The notes: generated by a model not told the origin, from the letters alone. A stretch of 64,000 nt of DNA from Octopus sinensis (GCF_006345805.1 NW_021834307.1:11613-75612), one strand, 5' to 3'; counted from the first letter of the stretch, positions 25,961-40,274 are shown. Numbers and translations are program-made.

Positions 25961-26478
25961 AAAATTACCTTTTGTGTATGTGCGTGTGGGGGGGGGCGTG
26001 CACGCATGATGGGGATGTTGTCTGCGTATGTTTCGGTGTCTTGCAATGCTGGAATGTGTGTGTGTATATATATAAGTATTAATGTATGTATGTACATATA
26101 TAAATGCAAATTTTTTCGGTTCTCTTTAATATTGTGTGTGTGTGCACGCATGTCTAAGTGCGTGTGTGTATTTATATATTTATATAGATAGACTAGATAG
26201 ATGTGTGTGTGTGTGTGTGTGTGCATGCGTTTGTGTTGGAGTGTATAATAAGTACCGTTCGATCCGTCTCAGTTTTTCTTTTTATCTCTATTATTCCTTC
26301 TCTTTTTTTAACTCCCTTTCCACTTTACATCCTATTGTGAAGAAGTAAAATATCCGAAATGTCATAACTACTCTCTTCCCTTTCTCTAAGTATCAAACTG
26401 AGAAAGATCGCGAACTCAACACGTTTTGTCATTTATTTATTTATTTTTATGTACGTTTGTTCTTTCCCCACATACATA

Positions 26479-26537
<59 letters not shown>

Positions 26538-26675
26538 GCACGCACACACACTTATATGTGTGGATAGATATGCATATACATAAATGCATATATATACATA
26601 CATATATATACACACACACACACATACACAAACATATACATATACAACTTTTTTATTGTCATATTATCGTATATT

Positions 26676-26734
<59 letters not shown>

Positions 26735-26905
26735 TATATATAATATATATATACACATATATACATCCATTTTGGCTTTCATTTACTCTATAATTTATTA
26801 TCCCACTGTTTATATACGCAATATTCTTGTTGTTATGGTTATATTTGTTTTGTAAACGATTGATATACTATATATCTCTCTCACCTTTCTATTTCCCTCT
26901 GTCTC

Positions 26906-26946
<41 letters not shown>

Positions 26947-27849
26947 ACACACGAAACATGTATGTAATGTTTGATACGTGTCTGTTTTATTGCTGTTAAT
27001 TTCAGGGAAATGCCTAAATAATAGAAAAGCAATGATTTTTTTTTGTAGCCAATAAATATATACATTGATAATAAGATGGCTTATTGTGAATAGAATGTTA
27101 ATTTTGTTGTCTGTCTGCTTTCAGCATGGATGACTTCACTGACTGGCGAACGAGTGGGAATGGCGGTGGTGGCGGCGTTATTGATGGTGGATACGTCGGT
27201 AATGGTGGTGGACTAAGTAGTAGAGTAATATTAGTATTGTTTAGGCTGGTGGTGGTGGTGGTGGCTGTGCTGTTCTTACTATTATTATTATTATGGTGTT
27301 ATAGGCGGCAATGTTGATGTGTAGGGTGGCTGTTTTAAAAGAAATGCAATGTGGCTGTATGGTTAACATGGTCGCTTACACACCTTTGCGGTTCTTGGTT
27401 CGAGCTCATTGCACACCACATTGTGGAACTGTTCTCTTTTTTCCTTGCATCTTTTTCATTTAGTTTAAATTGTGAACGGAATTCGGTGGACGAAGAATTT
27501 GGAAGCGCCCTCTTTGTGTGTTTGTGTGTGTCTGTGAGCGTGCGTGTGCGTAGAGGAATGTATATATATCTTTATATATACATACATTCACACACACGCA
27601 TGTATGTGTATGTGTATCGTTCTCTCTACGTGTGAGAGTGTGTGTGTATGAATTTATATGCGTGTGTGTTTGGGTGCGCGGTTTACCGAAACTGTAGCAT
27701 TATGTGCGAAGTTCCATCTCGCCGCACGACATTTTAGACGAGTGTCTTACTGTAGCCACGAATCGATCCCCGGTTGTCCAGCGGTGCTGGGAAATGAACA
27801 ACACACGCACATACATACACACACATGCACACACATATACATAAATACA

Positions 27850-27965
27850 TATATATACGATAGACTTCTTTCATTTTTCGTCAACCAAATCCACTAACAA
27901 GGCTTTGATCGACCCGTGGCTATAGTAGGAGACACTAGCCCAAGGTGTCACGCAACCGTTTGGTT
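27850..27965 (-). mobile_element. SINE family A head/core fragment
   Basis: CCAAATCCACTAACAAGGCTTTGATCGACCCGTGGCTATAGTAGGAGACACTAGCCCAAGGTGTCACGC. Confidence 0.7.
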
Positions 27966-28344
27966 GGGAAAGACTCCGAAAGGATCTCGGTTGTACTCAG
28001 TCATTTAAACCTTAATTCTGTTTTATCATTATAAGGGTTCTCGACTGCGGAATATTCGACCACTTATAATATAGAAGAAACTGTCAGTGGTCCAGTAACT
28101 GAATTGCTGTCATCGAAAACGACGGAGTACTCACTTATCAGTGAGTGTGTGTGACAGTGTGTGAGAGAGTATGTGTGTGAGTGTGTGAGTGTGTGCATGT
28201 GTATGTATCTAAGTGTGTGTATGTGTGTGCATGTGTGTGTATCTATATACATCTGTCTTTGTGTGAGAGTGTATGCTTCCATGTGTATATTCGTCTAAAT
28301 GTATGTCTGTCTATGTGATATATCTGCCTTTATATGTGAGAATT

Positions 28345-28389
<45 letters not shown>

Positions 28390-29627
28390 GTGGAGACAGG
28401 GATACCACAACCCTCAGTTCTATTTCCCCCTCCTCATTCGGTCTTGCATCTCCTCATTTACTCGTTACGGACCACTGACCAATGACACTCGGTTTAATAT
28501 ACTCACACCTATGACACCCTAACAAGCAGCAACAGCGGCAGCAGCAGCGGTAGCAGCAGTAGTAGTAGTAAAGAAAATAAGTTGCTATCATTAATTACAC
28601 CACTACTACTACTACTACTACTACCAACACCTTCGCTGTCACCTCCGCCACCTTCACCATCTTTACCATCACCACCACTAGTACCTCTAGGAGGCGGTGG
28701 TTCCTTCTCCGCCCTCACGTCTCTTTATAAATGGTTCACTTCGAAAATGTTGATGACGACTTCTTTGTGGAGGTGTCTGTCCCCCGTCCTATCAATCTTA
28801 TTCATGTCATTCACCATTAATCAACAGACAAATAAGTTACTTGCCCTTCTTTACCTAAGAAAGGTGACCCGAGAAGCTTCATGATTCGACCTACAATTCA
28901 TAACAAGTCTTCAAGCAAACGTCATAAGAAAGTCCTTGTAGACAAGGAACTTGAATGTCGGTTCCGTCGTCCTTTCGTCTCTTCGGACATTCCCAGCTGA
29001 AAGCAGTGCTCTACTAAAAGAGTATTTCTTAAACTGCGAGTGTCTCAAGTTGAGCTATTTTGAAATCTGTCTACAATCTCCGAATGAAAAGTATCCCCAC
29101 CCACAAGGGACCAACCAGTTCTTCATTAACGTCCAGAGCTGTGGTCTTCAACCTTTCGTTGTTCAACTTAAACAGAATTTACTTTTGTGCTGGAGTTTGT
29201 TATCTCATTTTCTTATCGTATCCTAAACCGCATGTTTATCTTTTTAAATACTTGCGTAGATTAGCGCCCTCTATGTTAATCTTTTATGGAGGCAACATTA
29301 TATTGGTTACTGGACCATCATCATCTTTTCTACTCTCTAACAACACAATGTCCTATTTATGCTTTAATCCCACCAAAGACTTTTTTTAAAATACATTTAA
29401 GATTGTACCAAGTTAAAATAGTTCATTTCTATGAAAAATCAGGAACCCGCTAAACACCCGGCACCCTCTTGTGAACCCACGACACTTCCAAGAGCTTGCT
29501 ATCGTTCAGGTTTAGAAACCGTTGAACCACGTCACATGCCCTCTGCTAAACCTTTATAAAATGCAAGAGCTAGCTCTTTCATTCATATAAGTCTATCAGC
29601 GAAATACCAGTTATATACTGTGGTCTA

Positions 29628-29843
29628 CGATGAGGTACTGCAAAGTTCCTGGCTTTGGGTAAAAGAAAATACAAAAAGATCAGTTAATTGTGATTTTATT
29701 CAACATATTTCCCTCTCAGATTCACACACTTATTGCAGCGGTCCTTCAGTTTTTCCAAGCCCTGTAAAAGTACTCAGGAAGTTGGGCCTCCAGCCGGGCC
29801 TTTCGCGATACCCTTAAAGCAAGAACGTTTCTGCACCCCCTCG
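29628..29843. mobile_element. Non-autonomous mariner-type MITE (~215 bp)
   Basis: Degenerate TIRs CGATGAGGTACTGCAAAGTTCCTGGCTTT / AAAGCAAGAACGTTTCTGCACCCCCTCG with TA on the left. The internal TATTCAACATATTTCCC...ACACACTTATTGCAGCG resembles the reverse complement of a mariner transposase 3' end. Confidence 0.7.
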
Positions 29844-31213
29844 TTTATAGTGCCCCCTTCTCAATATATATGTCTTCTTGTGCCTGTGTGAGAAACCTCT
29901 TTCTTCTCTCTGTTACCACACAAATATTCTTCCAAATCCAACAACGGTGCCTCTTGTATGCAATCACTTGACCTGCAAGAAGAAGCAGTCATATTGTCGT
30001 TAAATTACTCATTATTGTCTCTAAGAAGGAAGTTCACATTGGAGGGTGTTGTTCTACCTGGAATGTCTATGAGTATAAGTCTGCTCAATGAGGGCTGGCC
30101 AAGGGCGAAATGTCAATGCCAATGATAATAATAGTCCTTTTCTTTCCTTTTCTTTTACTCCCCCCCCACTTCCTATCAGCGAACCATCATTATAATCACT
30201 ACTAAGTTCTACACCCGCAAGCACTACCATCACCACATCACCACCATAATACTACAACCAATACTAACATCACTGTAACCATTATAACCGTCAGCATTAC
30301 AATTACCACCACCACCACCACCACCACCACCACCACTATAACCTCCACCATTATCACCAACGATTATGTCTTTACGTAATTCTTCGACTTGCTAGAAGCA
30401 GCAGCCAATTTTCACATAAATCATACTTTACAACACCATAACGGTGGTTGTTGTAGTAGTAGTAGTAGTAGTAGTAGTACTAGCAGCGGTGATGGTGATG
30501 ATGCTGATGTTGGTATTAGTGGCAACGATGGCGGTGGCAGCGGCGGCGGTGGTAGCCTTCGGTGGTGGCAGAGGTGGTGGTGGCAGCGGAGGTGGTGGCG
30601 CTGCTACCCAGCCACGCCGGGTTATTATTTTGTTTTTGTTTTTAAATAATACTCACAGGTGTGTATTGATGATGAGGTGGATCATTGAATCAGCCACAGG
30701 TGTGTTTCTCATGATGATGATGATGGCAGGAGGGAAGGGGGTGTGATAGTGAAGAAGGGCTTCTAGCTGTGAGAGGTGGAGTGTGTGCAGGGTGGGGCGG
30801 GGAGGGAGGGTGTAGAGTCCCGTCATTCTTACCTAGCAGGTGTTGTGTATTGTTGGTAGCACCAGGTAAGTAGATGAAGTAAATCTAGAATAACCACCGA
30901 CCCCACCACCACCACCGCCGCCGCCGCCGCTGCCCCTGCTGCTGCTACGCACACTATCAACCACTTCACCCGGCAGCCAGTCGCTACATACAACGAACCA
31001 AGCTTACGCTAAATCACCACCACCATCGCCACCACCACTTGTCACAGAACCGAAATGAATCTCTCTCTCTCTCTCTCTCTTTCTCATCCCCCCTTCTCTC
31101 TTTCTCTCTCTCTCTCGCTATCTCTCTCTCTCTCCTCGCTCTCTTTATATATATATATCTATAATATATAATATATATATATATATATAGTATGTATATA
31201 TATACATATATAT

Positions 31214-31268
<55 letters not shown>

Positions 31269-31273
31269 TATAT

Positions 31274-31317
<44 letters not shown>

Positions 31318-31779
31318 ATATATATTCATAAGCATAATGGTGGGTTACCAACGACACCGCTTCCATCACCACCACAGACCACATCTCCGCCTCCAGCCAC
31401 TAACACACGTTATATACACCAGATGCACGCCTGTATGCATTTATCCATCCATCCATGTACACATACATATATCCATACATGCATACATAAGTAAAAGGCC
31501 AGATAGATAGATAGATAGATAGATAGATATATGTATACATACATGTGTATGTATATATGTATATACATATATATATACATGTGTATATATATATATATAT
31601 ATATAGTGGAGCGGTACAAAATTAAGTGAAAAAGTAAATATGAGAAACTAGATAGTTGAGGGTATATCTATGTACGTATAGAAGTGTGTATATGCTTGTC
31701 AACATATATGTGTGTGAATATAATTTTTCCTGTGTATGTGAATGTGTCTTTGTGTGCACAAGCACATAAACATGTGCGT

Positions 31780-33210
31780 ATATCCATACATACATACATA
31801 CATGCATACATACATGCATACATGCATACATACATACAATACATAATACATACATACATACATACATACATGCATACATGCATACATACATACATACATA
31901 CATACATACATACAATACATACATACATACAATACATACATACATACATACATGCCCCACATAACATACATACACACATACATACATACATACACATACA
32001 TACATACAACATACATACACACACATCCATACATACATACATACATGCATACATGCATACTACATACATACATACATACATACATACAATCATACATACA
32101 TACATACATACATACATACATACATGCATACACACATACATACATACATACACACATACATACATACATACATACATACATACACACATACATACATACA
32201 TACATACATACATACATACATACATACATACATGCATGCATACATACATACGTACGTACATACATACATACATACATACATACATACATACATACATACA
32301 TACATACATACAATACATACATACATACATACATACATACATACATACATACATACATACATACATACATACATACATACATGCATGCATACATACATAC
32401 ATACGTACGTACATACATACATACATACATACATACATACATACATACAATACATACATACATACGTACATACATACATACATACATACATACAATACAT
32501 ACATACATACATACATACATACATGCATACATGCATACATACATACATACATACGTACGTACGTACATACATACATACATATATACACACACATACATAT
32601 ATACATACATACATACACACACACATACATACATACATACATACATACAATACATACATACATACATACACACATACATACATACATACATACATACATA
32701 CATACACACATGCATACATACATACATACATACATACACACATACATACATACATACATACATACATACATACATACATACATACATACATACGTACGTA
32801 CGTACATACATGCATACATACATACATACATACATACGTACGTACATACATACATACATACATACATACATACATACAATACATACATACATACATACAA
32901 TACATACATACATACATACATACATGCATACATACATACATACATACATACATACATACGTACATACATGCATACATACATACATACATACATACATACA
33001 ATACATACATACATACATACATACATACATACATACATACATACATACAATACATACATGCATACATACATACATACATACGTACGTACATACATACATA
33101 CATACATACATACAATACATACATACATACATACATGCATACATACATACATACATGCATACATACATACATACATACATACATACATACGTACATATAT
33201 ACATACATGT
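31780..33210. repeat. ~1.4-kb (CATA)n tetranucleotide array with CGTA/TGCA/CAATA variants
   Basis: Visible directly; it is the source of the 500-aa YIHT/MYVC ORFs. Confidence 0.97.
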
Positions 33211-33819
33211 AAACATACTTAAATTGTACGTGTGTTTGTACGCACTTAGCAGCGTGTTAATAAACTCCAACCGTAGGTAACTTTAACAGTGTGCTTAAGC
33301 AATTTTCTCACAGATCCGGGTGGCTGTGAGGGTGAGGACTGATCCGCGGGGTGTGTGGGCCTTGTGGTGGCTGGTAGGGTGTGCTGAGGGGTGTAAAAGT
33401 AGCGACTAATTCTTACATATGTTAGGATGAATGCCTGTGTATATATTCGCTGGGCGAAAAAGAAAAAAAAAAACAAAATGATAAAACATTAAAAAACCCT
33501 ACAAAAACCTTGAAGTCCCTTCCTCTGCCGGTGTGCATGTGTGCCCATATGTAAGTCCTTTTATCTAAAGCTGGCCAACGTGTTAAATGTACGCTGTGAA
33601 GAAGACATTGACGTCGCTTGCAATACAAGCTGTCCATGTTATTGTTACATCTTGTATATTTGAACATCCATTTTAGGGATTGTGCTCGATTGTAGAAGAA
33701 CACTCACACACAAACGGACGACCGACAAAAGATCTTTTGTAAATTGTCTTTTTGCTTAACTTGCCAGCTAAGTATGGTCTCTCTGCCTACATGCGTGTTT
33801 ACGAGTAACGTCTCTCCGC

Positions 33820-33921
<102 letters not shown>

Positions 33922-34143
33922 AAATTTATATATATTTACATGTATATTGTTTTGTAATTTTGGATTCTGTGAATCGTGGATATTTAAGATTGCGAATGTG
34001 TATTATGTGTATGTGTGCGTATGTGTGTGCAAATATGTATAAGTACATGTGTGTATATATATATATAACATATATATGTATGTATGTATATAATATATAT
34101 ACATACATATATACGTATATATGATATATATTATAATAATATA

Positions 34144-34211
<68 letters not shown>

Positions 34212-34227
34212 GTATACCCTTATATTT

Positions 34228-34590
34228 AAACTCGACTCCGACGGTCCGAATGACCATGGGTGCACCTAAGAGGTTCCCCTCCGAAGTACAAGTCTGGGAA
34301 GAAAGTCGCCTCACCGGCGAACGCACAACCTAGGGTTATGGAACAGCAGCAGTCACCCATGCATGCCCCCCCTCTCCACGCCACCAGTGTTACCCAAGGG
34401 AAAGGCAAAGACCGATACAGCTTGTGCACCAGTGACGTCACAGCTCATTTCTACAGCTGAGCGAACTGAAGCAGCGTGAAATAAAGTGCCTTGCTCAAGA
34501 ACACGACATGCAGTCCGGTCCAGGAATCGAACTCATAACCTCACGATCGTAAGCTCGACGCTCTAACCCCTGAGCCATGCGCCTTCACAC
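34228..34590 (-). mobile_element. tRNA-derived SINE, family D, with RTE-like 3' tail
   Basis: Minus-strand head GAAGGCGCATGGCTCAGGGGTTAGAGCGTCGAGCTTACGATCGTGAGGTTATGAGTTCGATTCCTGGACCGG, central GTGTTCTTGAGCAAGGCACTTTATTTCAC box, and tail GGTCATTCGGACCGTCGGAGTCGAG. Confidence 0.75.
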
Positions 34591-34609
34591 ACACGCACAC
34601 ATATAAATA

Positions 34610-34610
34610 T

Positions 34611-34647
<37 letters not shown>

Positions 34648-34668
34648 TAGACAGACAGACAGACAGAC

Positions 34669-34751
<83 letters not shown>

Positions 34752-34753
34752 CT

Positions 34754-34832
<79 letters not shown>
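34610..34832. repeat. (GACA)n(GATA)n microsatellite
   Basis: Visible directly. Confidence 0.95.
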
Positions 34833-34833
<1 letters not shown>

Positions 34834-35088
34834 TGTATATATACATGTGCATATATACACATATGTATATATACACATATGTATATATATATATGAGTGT
34901 ACAATTTATATAATCCAGGGGAATAATTACAAGGTAGCTAAATGTTGCTAATGTGTCCTCGAAAATAACGATCCCACTTGTGTGGGATTTGATTCCGGGT
35001 TAAGTAAGTCGAATTTAAGAGAAAATAGGGAAACTTGAAAAAGGAGACAAACGCTCAGAATGTAATTAAAACATTTATATCTTCATAT

Positions 35089-35173
35089 CCTCTACATATG
35101 TTTCGATGGCTACATTAAAAATAAGTCCGACGGAAAGAATTACGGTCAGCTATGAATCAATCTCATCAGGAAA
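35089..35173 (-). ncRNA. Type I hammerhead ribozyme motif with canonical core and extended stem II
   Basis: Minus strand: UUUC-CUGAUGA-GAU[~52 nt containing the CUGAC/GUCGG hairpin]AUC-GAAAC-AUAU-GUA-GAGG. Stem III is the palindrome ACAUAUGU; stem I is 4 bp with two G-U pairs. Confidence 0.72.
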
Positions 35174-35380
35174 GACATAAACAACAAAATTCATCAAATA
35201 GACATTTTTACAGATATAGAAAGCCGTAGAAAATTTGACGTATTTATATGTATATGCACGCACACTTATACACACGCATATATTCCTGTATGTGCGTGTA
35301 TATACATGGTTCAAAATAATACAAAAATACAAACAAAAACAAGACAAGCATCTCTACCTTTATCTCTCTCCTTCTCTGTA

Positions 35381-35450
<70 letters not shown>

Positions 35451-36345
35451 CATGCATACATGCATATATACATATATACATATATACATAACTGTGAGTA
35501 CATGCGAACATGCATGTACATGAAATTATTCAAATGTAAACGTATTTATAGACAGAGAGAGGGGGAGGGAGATATAGAGAAAAGATATATATATATATAT
35601 TATATATACATATATATATATATATTTATATATACATATACATGCATGACCGTGTTTATGTGTGTCTGTCACCCACCCAACCAACCAACTGCACACAATG
35701 TTTGTGAAGAAAAGGAGTTTTAAAAGAGCCCCAAAGCAAGAAGGGGGTCTCCAACAATATCTACAAACAGAACCCTGGCAACCTGGGATTATTGGTGAGA
35801 AGACAGCAGTGAGTTTGGAAGCAAAGAATCCCAATGTAACAGTGGTGCCTCACAGAAGAAAACTGAATTTACCAATTGCAGGGCGTGATTAAGTGTTAGA
35901 GAGTGAAATGTTTAGTTTCTGATGATGTTCGCTCAGAAAAACTGGTGTCCCGGGATTTGTATGCTGTCTCTTGCATACGAATGCTTTCGAACAATGGTTC
36001 TCAAGCATTCTTTGGTGAGGAATTTGTTTTCATTCCTATTTTGCTCAGCTGGACCCCCATAGCTACATGATGTTTAGGAAGATCCCATTATAGTTAAATA
36101 GTTAAATATTATTAGGAATGGTTTTAAAAAAATTGCTAAAATATTTTATGTATTGTAAAAGTATAACTAGTTTATTGCAGATAAAGTTTAACAACAAAAT
36201 CTTATGTGGACCCCTCAGGGCCAAATGGGCCCCGGTTTAGAACTTAGCAAAGGAAGAATTGGCCGTGAGATAGTCTTGCTTTACCTGGCAAAAGCGCGCA
36301 GATGTGAAGTTTTGCGTTCCGGGAGGCATGGAAGTGGTCTAATTT

Positions 36346-36382
<37 letters not shown>

Positions 36383-36478
36383 CGGGAAGCTTTATGAAAA
36401 TAAACAAAAGACGAAGGCAGGTGGAAAACAAACAAACAATGTATTAGTATGGCGCTCAGGAAATATAAATAAAACAAG

Positions 36479-36516
36479 TCTTTAACGTTTCGAGCCTACG
36501 CTCTTCAACAGAAAGA
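36479..36516 (-). ncRNA. Minimal hammerhead-like motif, variant core CUGUUGA
   Basis: Minus strand: UCUUU-CUGUUGA-A-GAGC[GUAG]GCUC-GAAAC-GUU-AAAGA. Stem I is 5 bp and stem III is ACGU. Confidence 0.55.
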
Positions 36517-36598
36517 TACACAGAGAGAGAAAAACACAGAAAGAAGGAGAGAAAAAAAAATGCGTGCAGTAGCTAACGAATCAACATATATAACGAAT

Positions 36599-36640
<42 letters not shown>

Positions 36641-36766
36641 CGGGAAGGTTTACGAAAATAAACAAAAGACGAAGGCAGGTTTATGAAAATAGACAAAAGA
36701 CGAAGGCAGGTGGAGTACAAACAAACAATGTATTAGTATGGCGCTCAGGAATAGAAATAGAACAAG

Positions 36767-36804
36767 TCTTCTACGTTTCGAGCCTACGCTCTTCGACAGA
36801 AAGA
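36767..36804 (-). ncRNA. Minimal hammerhead-like motif, variant core CUGUCGA
   Basis: Minus strand: UCUUU-CUGUCGA-A-GAGC[GUAG]GCUC-GAAAC-GUA-GAAGA. Stem I is 5 bp (one G-U) and stem III is ACGU. Confidence 0.55.
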
Positions 36805-36984
36805 TACACAGAAAAGAAACAAGGGGAGAAACAAGGAGAGAAGAAAAATGCGTGTAGGAGCTAACGGTCTATCATGGCGTTCTGACTTCAGGCAGAAGTC
36901 AGAGGTTAGAGGTCAGACGTTAGACGCTAGAGGGATAGTAGGGGAGGTAACACGGTCAAGTGACTTCGCCCCAACACGAAGGTG

Positions 36985-39900
36985 CTATTGAAAGAGTCTG
37001 GACGTGTGTATGTATGTGTGTGGAGATATGGGGATGGGTGTGCGGGTGGTGTGTTGTGATAAGATATGTGTATGTATGTGTAGGTGTAAAGATGTGGGGA
37101 TGGGTGTGTGGGCGGTGTGCTGTGGGTGGTGTGTTGTGATGTGTAACGTCGTATGGTGTAGTGTAGTGTGGTGTGATATTGTGGGGAGGTGGGGGCGAGT
37201 ATGGGGAAAGCCCATGTGGGGTGTGGGTTCGGCTGGGGATTGGGGTAGAGTTGGGGTTGTGGGGAGAGTGAGAGGGGGAGGGGAGGATGGGGAGAGGAGG
37301 GAGAGAAGAAGGAGGGAGAGGAGGAGAAGGAGGGGAGTGGTAGGGGAGGAGGGGAGTGGTAGGGGAGGAGGGGAGTGGTAGGGGAGGAGGAGGAGGAGAG
37401 GGAGAGAGGAGGGGAGGGGAGGGGAGGGGAGTGAGGGAGCAGAGAGAAAGAGAGAAGGGAAAGAGGGAAGAAGGGAAAGAAGGGAAGAGGAGGGAAAGAG
37501 AGTAGGGGTGAAAAGATGAAGGACTGAAGAGAAGTAGGAGTCGGGGGCGGTTAGATGAAAGGGGGGAGAGTTGAGCCCAAATGGCGTAAAAGAGCGAAGA
37601 GAGAAGATTAATCCCAGTTCATGGCGCAAACGGGAATCCGGATGGCCTCTGTGCAAGGACAATCCGAACACAGACAGGTGTTGCAAGGAGTGACCGGTGG
37701 AGCGGAAATTGCGTGAGACTGGTGTGTCATTGGCGAGGCGGATGTCTCGGAGGTGTTCCGCGAACCGGTCAGCCAAGCGGCGTCCCGTTTGTCCGATGTA
37801 CAGGGAATGGCAGAGAGAGCAGGAGATGCAATAGATGATATTGCTGGAGGTGCAGGTGAAGGAGTCGATGATGCGATAGGGTCGATGATGGGTGCCGGTG
37901 AGGAGGGTGGTGTTGGAGAAGTAAGGGCAAGTGCGGCAACGTGGGCGGGAGCAGGGGAACGAGCCAGGCTGGGAGGTAGGGTCAGGGAAGAAGCTGTGGA
38001 CCAAGAGGTCTCGTAGGTTATGGGCTCGATTGAAGGAGGGGAGGGGTCGGTTAGGGAAGAGGTGTGAAGTGGACGGGTCGGACTGGAGATGCCGGAAAGC
38101 TCGAAGAATGGTGTGTTGGAGAGGTAGGGTGGTGGAGTGATAAGTGAGGGGAAAATGGAGGCGGGAGGCTGCAGGGCGGGTTCGGGGGGAGAGAGCAGAT
38201 GCACGGTCAACGGAACGTGCTCTGGCAAGGGCGGTATGGATAGTGGTGAGGGGATATCTACGTAGGATGAAGTGGCGAGCCATGAGTTGAGACTGAATCT
38301 CAGTCATGGTCGTCACTACAGAGCCTACGTAGACGGAGGAATTGGGAATAGGGGGTGGAAAGCTTGGTGTGTTTGGAGTGGTAGGAAGAGAGGTTTAGAT
38401 ATGAGTGTGAGTCTGTGTGTTTGTAGTGAATGGAGGTGGTAAGAGTGGAGTGATGAATGCTGACCGAAATGTCGAGAAAGGAGACAGAGGTGTTGGAGAT
38501 AGTGGAGGTGAAGTGGAGGGCAGGATGGAAGGATTGAACGAAAGAGAGGAAGGAATCTAGATGTTCATTTGAGAGTGAGGTGGCACCGATAATGTCGTCA
38601 ATGTAACAACCGTATAGTTCGGGAGTGCGTCCAGTGAAACTAGAGAATATTTGGGCCTCAACATAGCCAACGAACGGGTTCGCATAGTTGGGGCCTATTC
38701 GCGTTCCCATGGCCACTCCCGAGACCTATTGGTAGCACTCGCCCGCGAACGAGAAGCAGTTAAGAGAAAGGACAAGTTCGGCCAGACGAATGAGTGTGGA
38801 GGTGTCGGGTTCGGGGTTGGGCGGAGGTCGAGAAAGTGTTGAAGTGCCCGCAGTCCCTCGTGGTGAGGGATGACGGTATAGAGGCTCTGGATGTCCATTG
38901 TAAAAAGGAGTTTGGAGGAGCCAGGAGGAAAGGAGAAAGAGTTGAAAAGCCGGAGAGCATGGTTGGTGTCGTGGATGTGGGATGGAAGAGACGCCACTAG
39001 GGGAGCAAGGACACGGTCGAGGTATTTAGAGATGAGCTCCGTGGGGCAGTTACAGGCGGAGACGATGTGGCGGCCAGAGTTGTTGGGTTTGTGGATTTTG
39101 GGGAGGAAGTAAATGGTGGGGGTGAGTAGGGTTAGGACAATGAGGCTGGATGCGGTGTGGGGGAGACGGGACGACGAGATGAGGTCGTGGACAGTAGAGG
39201 ATACCGTCTGTTGGTAGCTAAGCGTGGGGTCAGAGGACAGAGGGGAGTAGAAAGAGGTGTCATTGAGTGGGCGGAGCGCCTCGGCTCTGTAGAGGTCCGC
39301 GCGCCACACCACCACAGCTCCACCCTTGTCAGCGGGTTTGACGACAATGTCAGCGCGCCGTTGGAGGGAACGAAGAGCCGAGAGCTCAGCCGGGGAGATG
39401 TTGAGGCGGCGGTGGCGCCTGGAGAAGTTGAACCGCTGCAACGCGCGCTGATAGGCACCCGCGAAAAGATCCACTGCTTGGAACTGGCCGGGGGCAGGCG
39501 CCCACAGGGATGGTCGGCGGCCCAGGTCAGTGAAGCAGTCCTCATCGCTGGATGCAGGTGGTATGTCGCGGAAAAACGCACCCAACCGGACGCGGCGCAC
39601 AAAGCTGTGGACATCAGCACGGGTCTGGAATTCCTTACAGGATGGAGTGAGGGGTATGAAACGCAGACCCCTACTGAGGACGTTAGGAGGGACAGTGGGA
39701 CGTTAGGAGGGTTGTTAGGAGGGACAGTGGGGTTAGGTGTGGGTGGGTGGAGCCTATCAGGATGGTAGAAGGGTAGTGGAGGAGTTGGGGTAGTGGCGTC
39801 GGGTGTGATGGAATAGAGAAGTGATTGGAGTTTACGAAGTTTGGTATTGGTAAGAAATTGATGAAAGAGGTGATTTAAATGGATAATGAAGTGCAACGTG

Positions 39901-40274
39901 TTTTGAGCATGGAAAGGGGGCAAAGAGGAGGAAAAGATGGAAAAAGCAGGAGGGAGAAGGCAGTCGATGGTATGTAGTTTGGAGAGATTGGAGCGAATGG
40001 TGGCACGCATAATGCGGTAAGATGTGGTGCGGAGTATGGGTAAGATGGAAGAAGCAGAGTGGAGAGCAGGATGGAAATGGAGGCGGAAACCTTTAGGGAT
40101 GAGGCGATGATGTGGGCAGCGGCTTAGAAAAGAGACGTGGCTAGAGAAGCGGGTTTTTTTAAAAAGGAGCAGAGATAGGTTAATGGACGGCTGAAAGCAG
40201 TTTGAAGGGAGCAGGCGGATGTAATCTTTCAGACGATGGTGGAGAGTGAGGAGGTAGGATTTATAATCCGGCAT
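36985..40274 (-). pseudogene. PLE reverse transcriptase/GIY-YIG polyprotein, broken by about three frameshifts
   Basis: The domains are split over ORFs 39132-40274, 38695-39600, 38300-38716 and 36985-38316. The native C-terminus probably ends near FGLN (~37570), with a low-complexity extension beyond it. Confidence 0.88.

Larger units (their letters stand above)
36380..36900 (-). repeat. Tandemly duplicated pLTR-like terminus of the Neptune-type PLE
   Basis: 36380-36590 and 36639-36870 are diverged direct copies (AACGGGAAG.TTTA.GAAAATAAACAAAAGACGAAGGCAGG...GGCGCTCAGGA...ACGTTTCGAGCCTACGCTCTTC) separated by (TA)n. Confidence 0.85.

Noticed and set aside
37250-37500. G-rich tract with G-quadruplex potential
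   Set aside because: It is explained as a low-complexity (GGA/GAG)n region of the PLE 3' part, and the sequence gives no independent support for a function.
37004-39768. Plus-strand ORFs overlapping the Neptune-type PLE
   Set aside because: These are antisense shadows of a GC-rich coding strand with no recognisable motifs.
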